DNA of 64,000 nt. Source: Candidatus Omnitrophota bacterium (lineage in GTDB: Bacteria > Omnitrophota > Gorgyraeia > Duberdicusellales > 4484-171). The notes below the pieces were generated by a model. That model was not told the DNA's origin. It was given only the letters and a program-made list of their open reading frames with translations, and did no database searches. A program made the position numbers and the translations under genes. How positions within the stretch are numbered: position 1 is the first letter of the stretch; each line of letters begins with the position of its first letter. The stretch spans positions 509,855 to 573,854 of the forward strand of contig JBAZGN010000001.1 of the NCBI GenBank assembly GCA_041652815.1, read 5' to 3'. Positions 58,036 to 64,000 of the stretch are shown here, in pieces.

Positions 58036-58205
58036 AAACTCTAAATCCGAAACCCTAAACTCTAAACAAACTCGAAACTACAAATCACAAACTCTAAACG
58101 TTTCAAGTTTATGGTTTCGTGTTTGTAGTTTGTTTAGGATTTCCCGCCTTAGGCGGGTCCGCCTTATTTTTTAAAGGTGGCGGAAGAGTTTAGTGTTTAG
58201 AGTTT
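58036..58205. repeat. MITE-like element, copy C (same TIRs and GC core as copy B, lacking the nested insert)
   Basis: About 90% identical to 41059-41295 outside the insert. Its right TIR supplies the last codons and stop of the minus-strand cinA-like gene. Confidence 0.7.
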
Positions 58206-58663
58206 AACCTTCGGCATAATAAATCTACAGCCATTCGGCTTGCTTGTTTGCGGACATAATCCCTACTGCCCTTAAGCAGGATTTTTTTCGAAGCTACGCC
58301 ATATCTATCCGCAACAGCCATAAATATTGTGCCTACTTTTATACCCTTTTGAGCAGGGGCCGAGGCGAAACCTACCAAAGAAACCGCTAAATCTGTTTTA
58401 AAAAATTGTTTTGTTCGTTTCGCAAGAAGGATTGAAATGCTTTTAGAAACCCCTAGCGTTTTATTGAGCAGCGGCAGTGGTATGTGCAGCAATTTATTTT
58501 TGCTTTCCGGAGAATAAACTATGAGCCCGCCTTTAAATACCTTAGAGCTTCCGGGTGTTTTTGTCAGCAGATAAGATAAATAACCACCGCTTACGGATTC
58601 AACCGCAGATATTGTTAATTTTTTGATACGCAGATAAAAAATTAAATTTTTCAATTTAGCCAT
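58190..58663 (-). CDS. CinA C-terminal domain protein (nicotinamide-nucleotide amidohydrolase PncC-like)
   Basis: LTISAVESVSGGYLS...LGVS..SI...GAVS...MA..LA.........DLAVSLVGFASAP. Confidence 0.75.
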   Translation of the reverse strand: MAKLKNLIFYLRIKKLTISAVESVSGGYLSYLLTKTPGSSKVFKGGLIVYSPESKNKLLHIPLPLLNKTLGVSKSISILLAKRTKQFFKTDLAVSLVGFASAPAQKGIKVGTIFMAVADRYGVASKKILLKGSRDYVRKQASRMAVDLLCRRLNSKH

Positions 58664-58816
58664 ATCAATATTTTACCAAACTTACGGTTTTAAGCCAGCT
58701 ATAAGTATCATTAAAGCAGAATAGCCTCATTTGCTGCCTTTTACCAGGCAAAATGCTTCTGTTGTTAAGCGGAATTTTAGGGCAGAAAAGCATCAATTCT
58801 GGGTAGACTTAAACCT

Positions 58817-58846
58817 TTGACACCGGCACGCCGCCTGCGTTATAAT
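58817..58846 (+). promoter_or_regulatory. Sigma70-type promoter TTGACA-18-TATAAT for the ldh-like gene
   Basis: ttgaca at 58817-58822 and tataat at 58841-58846. AAGAGGAG RBS lies before the ATG at 58900. Confidence 0.55.
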
Positions 58847-58899
58847 ATACGCCTAAAAAGGTATAAATCGTGGCTATAATTATAAAAAGAGGAGCAAAA

Positions 58900-59841
58900 A
58901 TGCTTATACCAAAAGTTTCAATTATAGGCAGCGGCAATGTAGGCATGCGTTATGCTTATAGCTTAATGATGGCTAATCTTGCACGTTCCATAGTTATTTT
59001 TGATATCGATAAGAAACGAACGGAAGGCGAAGCCATGGACCTTGCAAGCTGTATGCCGTTTGTTTCGCCCGTTGATATTGCCGTCGGAGATTACCCTGAC
59101 TTAAAAGGCTCGGATATTATAGTTATCACTGCCGGAGCAAAACAGAAACCAGGCGAGAACCGGCTCGGCCTGGCAAAGCAAAACGTAGGTATATATAAAG
59201 AGATAATTCCTAAAATAATGAAATATGCCGAAGGGGCAATATTTATCATAGTGACAAACCCGGTAGATGTACTTAGCTACGCAGCTTACAAAATCTCTCA
59301 AAAACCATGGCAGGAAATTATTGGTTCGGGAACAGTATTGGATAGCGCAAGGTTTCGGCTATTGCTATCCAAGCATTGCAATGTAGATGCCCGTAATGTT
59401 CATGCTTATATATTGGGTGAGCATGGAGACAGTGAGTTTCCTGTATGGAGCCGCGCAATGATTGGGGGAGTTTTATTCAAAGATTATTGTCCGATGTGCA
59501 ATAAATGCAATGCAAAAACTACCCTTCCCGGGATATTTAATGAGGTTAAGAATTTTGCCTATGAAATTATCCAAAGAAAAGGGGAAACTTCTTACGGTGT
59601 AGGCCTTGCGCTTACCAGAATAACCAGTGCTATTTTAAAAGACGAAAGTTCTATTTTACCGGTTTCTTCTTTGGTAGATAATTATTATGATGTGGGTGGC
59701 GTTTATATGAGCGTGCCGGCGGTTGTAGATAAAAAAGGCGTAAGAGAACTTCTTAAGCTTAAACTTGAACCAGAAGAAATCTCTAATTTTCAAGAATCAG
59801 CTAAGCTTATAAAAGAGGTTATAAAGTCAAGCGGATTATGA
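58900..59841 (+). CDS. L-lactate/malate dehydrogenase family protein (LDH-like)
   Basis: VSIIGSGNVG, ITAGAKQKPGENRL, and GEHGDSEFPVWS catalytic-His region. ATG at 58900; the track's 58870 start is a GTG. Confidence 0.75.
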   Translation: MLIPKVSIIGSGNVGMRYAYSLMMANLARSIVIFDIDKKRTEGEAMDLASCMPFVSPVDIAVGDYPDLKGSDIIVITAGAKQKPGENRLGLAKQNVGIYKEIIPKIMKYAEGAIFIIVTNPVDVLSYAAYKISQKPWQEIIGSGTVLDSARFRLLLSKHCNVDARNVHAYILGEHGDSEFPVWSRAMIGGVLFKDYCPMCNKCNAKTTLPGIFNEVKNFAYEIIQRKGETSYGVGLALTRITSAILKDESSILPVSSLVDNYYDVGGVYMSVPAVVDKKGVRELLKLKLEPEEISNFQESAKLIKEVIKSSGL

Positions 59842-59971
59842 ACCCCGCCCTTCCTGGGAAACGCAGAAGTTGAGAGGGAAGGGCGGGGTGAACCCAGCCC
59901 TTCCTAAGAAGGCGCAGGGGCTCAAAGGAAGGTCTGGGATAAAAATAATAATTTTAAAAAGGAAGGGCTGG

Positions 59972-60682
59972 GTGAAAGAAGCAAGAATAAAATTCATCGA
60001 AAAAATAAAAAGAACTTCCACTATCACAAGTTTCCGGTTTTTACCGCGCGAAAAAATAGATTTTATTCCCGGACAATTCCTGCAGCTCCTGTTCGATGAG
60101 AATAACAGGAAAAATAAAGGCTTGAATAAATATCTTTCATTTTCCTGTTCGCCGCAAAAGCCGTATATAGAAGTTACCAAACGCCTAAGCGAAAGTGAAT
60201 TCTCACGTAAACTTATTAATCTGGATAAAGGCGATGAAATATTAGCACAAGCTCCACTTGGAAATGTTGTCTTCCGGCAGGAAATGAGAAATATCACCTT
60301 TCTTATAGGCGGTATAGGCATAACTCCGGTTATCTCTATATTGGAATATATATGCGAGAAGAATTTAGATACTAATGCACTTGTGTTTTATTCAAACAGG
60401 AGCGAGGAAGATATAGCGTTTAGAGAGGATCTTGATTCTTTGTGCCGCACAAACAAAAATATAAAAATAATCTATACGATAACCGATTGTGCGCCGATAA
60501 ATGACGCGTGCGTATTTGGCCGTATAGACAAGAATTTAATAGAAGAGAAAACTTCCGATTTGGCGAAACGCATAGTTTTTATCTATGGCCCGCCCGGAAT
60601 GGTTACGGCTATGAAGGGGTTATGCTTCGATTTGGGCTGCGAAAAAGAAAACGTGCAAATAGAGAATTTTATCGGTTACTAA
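59972..60682 (+). CDS. FAD/NAD(P)-binding oxidoreductase, ferredoxin-NADP+ reductase-like
   Basis: ITSFRF..R...FIPGQFL FAD-binding barrel and GGIGITPVISILEY NAD-binding motif. Probable GTG start at 59972; the track's 59870 TTG start runs through terminator-like hairpins. Confidence 0.6.
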   Translation: MKEARIKFIEKIKRTSTITSFRFLPREKIDFIPGQFLQLLFDENNRKNKGLNKYLSFSCSPQKPYIEVTKRLSESEFSRKLINLDKGDEILAQAPLGNVVFRQEMRNITFLIGGIGITPVISILEYICEKNLDTNALVFYSNRSEEDIAFREDLDSLCRTNKNIKIIYTITDCAPINDACVFGRIDKNLIEEKTSDLAKRIVFIYGPPGMVTAMKGLCFDLGCEKENVQIENFIGY

Positions 60683-60742
60683 TAATAGAAGGGGGACTGC
60701 GGATGAACGCAATGACCGTGCGTAAATCCGTTTTTATATCTA

Positions 60743-60804
60743 CCCCGCCTCGCCTATATATGTGGTAAATTTTTCAAGAAAAATTTACCACAAGCTCGGC
60801 GGGG
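60743..60804 (+). terminator. Compound perfect hairpin (CCCCGCC...TGTGGTAAATTTTT-caag-AAAAATTTACCACA...GGCGGGG) between the FNR-like and nifU-like genes
   Basis: 14-bp inner stem plus 7-bp GC outer stem. No canonical U-tract, so the role (terminator or other) is uncertain. Confidence 0.4.
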
Positions 60805-60849
60805 TTAAATCGTCCAGCCTTTGGCTGGACAATTTAAGGAGGTCCAATT

Positions 60850-61077
60850 ATGCTAAAAGAAAAAGTAGAAAACGCGCTAAAAGGAATAAGGCCAGCTCTT
60901 CAGGCAGACGGCGGAGATGTTGAACTTGTTGAGGTAACTGAAGATGGTGTAGTTAAGCTGCGCCTTAAGGGCGCTTGCGGGTGTTGTCCCATGAGCACTT
61001 ATACTTTAAAAATGGGGATTGAACAGCGCCTGAAAGAAGAAATTCCCGAGGTTAAAAAAGTAGAACAGGTCAAATGA
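60850..61077 (+). CDS. NifU-like (Nfu-type) Fe-S cluster carrier domain protein
   Basis: 75 aa; [39 protein letters not shown]. Confidence 0.8.
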   Translation: MLKEKVENALKGIRPALQADGGDVELVEVTEDGVVKLRLKGACGCCPMSTYTLKMGIEQRLKEEIPEVKKVEQVK

Positions 61078-61080
61078 GAG

Positions 61081-61259
61081 GCACGAATGCGCGCGAATTT
61101 AAACCTTGATAGTTTGTAAGGTATAAACGCGAATACTCGCGAATAGAAAAATAGTTGGGAACAAAATTATTCGCGGCCATTCGCATTTCCGCCCCCAGGC
61201 GGATTCGCCTAAACAGTTATAATTGTGGTGGCGAAGATTCGCGACAATTAGCGTTAGGA
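61081..61259. repeat. CGCGAAT-box intergenic element, copy R3, with a nested GC-core hairpin (CCGCCCCCAGGCGGATTCGCC...GGTGGCGAA)
   Basis: Shares the taaacgcgaat...ttattcgcgg...gattcgcgacaattagcgtt scaffold with R1 and R2, plus a 55-nt insertion matching the family-1 GC core. Confidence 0.65.
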
Positions 61260-61769
61260 ATGAATAGAAAAATACTTCAATCGATAATGATTTGGTTCCT
61301 GCCGGTTATAGTTATCGGAGGGCTTTTTTTCCCGCTACTTGGGTTTTTGGTTTTTTTTATGATGTTATTTTTTCTCACCCTTTCTTACTTCAAAGGAAGG
61401 TTCTGGTGTTCACATCTTTGTCCAAGAGGGGCGTTTTTGGACTTGATATTACGTAAGTTTAGCCTGCGGAAGAAAATACCCAAAATTCTTCTAAGCGCCC
61501 GGTTTAAGTGGCTCTTCCTTGTGGTTTTTATGGCCTTTTTTGTTTCTCAGCTTATAATTTCTCCTAAAAACCCTGTTGCCATAGGTTTTGTTTTTGTAAG
61601 AATGTGCATAATTACTACAATAATTGCCATTATCCTGGGTATCCCCCTAAGAGAAAGGGCCTGGTGCGCAATATGCCCCATGGGTACGTTACAGTCAAAA
61701 ATAGGCACCATTAAAAACAGGCTAGAAGCGAGAGGCCGGAGGACAGAAAACAGAAGGCAGAATTCATAA
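61260..61769 (+). CDS. Membrane protein with two Cys-rich (CxxC-type) motifs, NapH/polyferredoxin-like
   Basis: GRFWCSHLCPRGAF and RAWCAICPMGTL motifs between transmembrane helices. ATG at 61260; the track's 61155 TTG start lies inside repeat R3. Confidence 0.5.
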   Translation: MNRKILQSIMIWFLPVIVIGGLFFPLLGFLVFFMMLFFLTLSYFKGRFWCSHLCPRGAFLDLILRKFSLRKKIPKILLSARFKWLFLVVFMAFFVSQLIISPKNPVAIGFVFVRMCIITTIIAIILGIPLRERAWCAICPMGTLQSKIGTIKNRLEARGRRTENRRQNS

Positions 61770-61817
61770 AGCAGGCATTAGATTCTCTGTTATCTGTTAT
61801 CTGTTTTCTGAAACCCA

Positions 61818-61846
61818 TTGACAGGTAAATATATAGGTGGTAGAAT
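61818..61846 (+). promoter_or_regulatory. Sigma70-type promoter TTGACA-17-TAGAAT for the DUF4912-GH57 operon
   Basis: ttgaca at 61818-61823 and tagaat at 61841-61846. AAGAGG RBS lies before the ATG at 61871. TGTTATC tandem repeats sit just upstream at 61786-61808. Confidence 0.5.
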
Positions 61847-61870
61847 TCTTTCACTCAATAAGAGGTATTT

Positions 61871-62890
61871 ATGAGAAAGGTTTCCTCAAAGACACCTAAA
61901 AAAACAAAAAATATAAAAAAAATAATCAAAAAATCCTCAATCAAACGCATAATTCCCAAAGCCGCCAAGAAAAAGAAAATCATCCTTAAAGAAGAATCCA
62001 TACCTCAGGCGCCAATTTATTCTCTTCCTGCGCAGAAAGAATCAGTAGCAATAGAGAAAGTAAAATTTACAGCAGTCCAGGAAGCAACTAATGACAATAA
62101 CCGCTACAGCCTGCCCCTTCGATATTTGGACAACCGTATTACAATTTTAGCAAGAGACCCGTGGTGGATACATACATACTGGGATATTTCCGAACAGAGA
62201 ATAAATGAAGTAATTTCTTCAATCCCTGTTTATGAGCGGGAAAATCTAAAATGGATATTAAGAGTGTATGATTTAACGGGAGTCAGCCACTTTGACGGCA
62301 AAAATGCAAATTCTTTTTTTGATATCACTATACATTTTGAAGCAAATAACTGGTACATAAATGTTAATCAGCCGGAACGCGCCTGGTGCGTTGAGATAGG
62401 GCTTATCAATCCCTTGGGAAAATTTTTCATGGTTGCGCGTTCCAATATTATAAAGACTCCTTATTTTGGTATTTCTTCTATAATCGATGAGGAATGGGCA
62501 TTGCCTGATGAGGATTACTACAAAGTTTTAGGAATCTATGATTTAGGCAAAAGTTCGCTTGAACGAAAAAAAAGGTTTGAAGAGATTGTAAAAAATCAAA
62601 TTTCATCACCGCTTGCATCTTGGGGCGTAAGCAGCTTGTTTAGCGAGCGTCCCAAGCAGATAGATAAGTTTTCTCTCGAAGTGTGGACTGAGCTCATACT
62701 TTACGGACGCACCGAGCCTGATGCAGATGTTACGGTTGAAGGCAAAAAAGTAAATCTTAAGTCTGATGGAACCTTTTCTATCAGATACGCTCTGCCGGTA
62801 GGAAACTATCAATATAAGGTAGTTGGCGTTTCCAAAAATAAAAAACACAAAGTAACGAAGACCCCCGCAGTAAAAAGGTTTGAGAAGTAA
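61871..62890 (+). CDS. DUF4912 domain protein (usual partner of GH57 alpha-glucan enzymes)
   Basis: Lys-rich N-terminus, then RYLDNRITILARDPWWIHTYWDIS and a C-terminal beta-rich region. Confidence 0.55.
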   Translation: MRKVSSKTPKKTKNIKKIIKKSSIKRIIPKAAKKKKIILKEESIPQAPIYSLPAQKESVAIEKVKFTAVQEATNDNNRYSLPLRYLDNRITILARDPWWIHTYWDISEQRINEVISSIPVYERENLKWILRVYDLTGVSHFDGKNANSFFDITIHFEANNWYINVNQPERAWCVEIGLINPLGKFFMVARSNIIKTPYFGISSIIDEEWALPDEDYYKVLGIYDLGKSSLERKKRFEEIVKNQISSPLASWGVSSLFSERPKQIDKFSLEVWTELILYGRTEPDADVTVEGKKVNLKSDGTFSIRYALPVGNYQYKVVGVSKNKKHKVTKTPAVKRFEK

Positions 62891-62935
62891 TAGTTTGCCC
62901 CTGCAGACTTAATCGCAACTTCATAAAAAATTATT

Positions 62936-64000
62936 ATGGAAAAAGGTTATCTTTCTTTAGTATTGCATGCGCACCTGCCGTTTATCCGCCATCCCGAATA
63001 CGATGAATTCCTAGAAGAACGCTGGTTTTTTGAAGCGCTTAGCGAAACCTATATCCCTATTTTAGAAATGCTTGAAGGCCTCGTTCGTGACGGGGTAGAA
63101 TTCTGTATAACCATGAATCTTTCTCCTACCCTTTGCAATATGTTTGCCGATGAGCTCTTGAGAAACCGCTACATAAACCATCTCAATAAAATGGTTGAAC
63201 TTTGCGAAAAAGAAATAGACCGCAACCGGTTTAACCCGGAATTTCATAAACTTGCCCTGATGTATTATCACCGCTTTAACAGTATGAGAGAGAAGTTCCT
63301 GCATGTATACCATAAAGATTTGATAAAAGAGTTCAAAAAGTATCAAGATAAAGGGGTTCTTGAAATAATTACTTGCGGTGCGACCCATGGGTATTTGCCC
63401 ATACTTGGAATAAACAAAGAAGCAATCAGAGCGCAGATTAGAGTTGGTGCAAACTCATACCGCAAATTTTTTGGCACTGACCCGAAAGGCATTTGGCTTC
63501 CTGAATGTGCATACAGTGAAGACGTGGATAAATTTCTCAAAGAAGAAGGAATAAAATATTTTCTGATGGAAAGCCATGGCGTACTTTTTTCAAGGCCCAG
63601 GCCTAAATTTGGCGTTTACTCTTCCTACTATACAAAAAATAAAGTCGCTGTTTTTGGAAGAGACCATGAGTCGTCTAAAAGCGTCTGGTCTGCCGTTGAG
63701 GGTTACCCCGGCGACTATGAGTACAGGGAATATTACCGTGATATTGGTTTTGACCTTGATTTTGATTACGTAAGGCCGTATATATCCGCAGCCGGAGCAA
63801 GGATATTCACAGGTATTAAGTATTATCGTATTACCGGAGAAACAACCCATAAAGAACCATATAATCCGGAAAGAGCGCTTGATAAGGCAGCGTATCATGC
63901 AGGAAATTTTATGTTTAACCGGGAAAGACAAATAGAGCATATTGCGTCGATGTTTGACAGAAAACCAATAATAATTGCTCCTTATGACGCAGAGCTTTAC
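62936..64000 (+). CDS. Glycoside hydrolase family 57 protein (1,4-alpha-glucan branching enzyme-like), 3'-truncated by the window end
   Basis: LSLVLHAHLPFIRHPE... and WLPECAY motifs typical of GH57. Open frame to nt 64000; not listed in the ORF track because no stop lies inside the window. Confidence 0.75.
   Translation, partial: MEKGYLSLVLHAHLPFIRHPEYDEFLEERWFFEALSETYIPILEMLEGLVRDGVEFCITMNLSPTLCNMFADELLRNRYINHLNKMVELCEKEIDRNRFNPEFHKLALMYYHRFNSMREKFLHVYHKDLIKEFKKYQDKGVLEIITCGATHGYLPILGINKEAIRAQIRVGANSYRKFFGTDPKGIWLPECAYSEDVDKFLKEEGIKYFLMESHGVLFSRPRPKFGVYSSYYTKNKVAVFGRDHESSKSVWSAVEGYPGDYEYREYYRDIGFDLDFDYVRPYISAAGARIFTGIKYYRITGETTHKEPYNPERALDKAAYHAGNFMFNRERQIEHIASMFDRKPIIIAPYDAELY

Noticed and set aside
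58900-59841. Calling the dehydrogenase specifically L-lactate dehydrogenase versus malate dehydrogenase
   Set aside because: The substrate-discriminating position in the AGAKQKPGENRL loop is Lys rather than the Gln of LDH or the Arg of MDH, so only the family is asserted.
1-64000. CRISPR array or cas genes
   Set aside because: No series of identical direct repeats with unique spacers is present, and no Cas-like ORF. The repeated sequences found are dispersed palindromic elements.

Overview
AT-rich (~33% GC) stretch from an uncultivated Gram-negative-type bacterium. Genes are tightly packed, almost all on the + strand, with many ATGA/TAATG start-stop overlaps and several TTG/GTG-extended ORFs in the supplied track whose real ATG/GTG starts I re-derived. 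Positions 1-45,700 are a very large cell-envelope glycan locus. It holds two tandem YfhO + GT39/ArnT-like GT-C membrane glycosyltransferase pairs. It holds a complete Neu5Ac/nonulosonic-acid cassette (HTH protein, neuB, neuC, a 641-aa candidate CMP-sugar-dependent transferase, neuA, a B12-radical SAM, a hypothetical protein, a Wzx flippase and a methyltransferase). It also holds many GT2/GT4/GT9 transferases, wecB, a WbaP-type initiating transferase, a WaaL-type ligase and a GT87-like protein. Positions 45,800-64,000 are housekeeping genes: xseAB, htpX, rpsO-pnp, ftsK, rodZ, rimO-like, pgsA, pgpA, thpR, cinA-C, ldh-like, FNR-like, nifU-like and a DUF4912 + GH57 pair (3'-truncated). No known defence system, CRISPR array, rRNA or tRNA is present. 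The most striking unexplained structure is repetitive and non-coding. Family 1 is a MITE-like element with two near-identical copies bounded by AAACTCTAAAC/GTTTAGAGTTT ends plus a third, divergent copy. All three carry a GC-rich core (TCCGCCagaGGCGGATCCGCC...GGTGGCGGA), and a fourth copy of that core sits nested inside another repeat. Family 2 is a ~125-nt 'CGCGAAT-box' element that fills three intergenic regions exactly from the upstream stop codon to the downstream start codon. Two small genes (a four-helix-bundle/Avd-like protein and a TPR protein) are each bracketed by ~20-25-bp inverted repeats, like portable cassettes. Many other intergenic regions are long palindromes built from short tandem heptamer or hexamer repeats. 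There is also a GT2 pseudogene (homopolymer frameshift plus in-frame TGA), a 52-codon duplicated N-terminal remnant of a FAD oxidoreductase, and a thymidylate-kinase-like::GT4 fusion.
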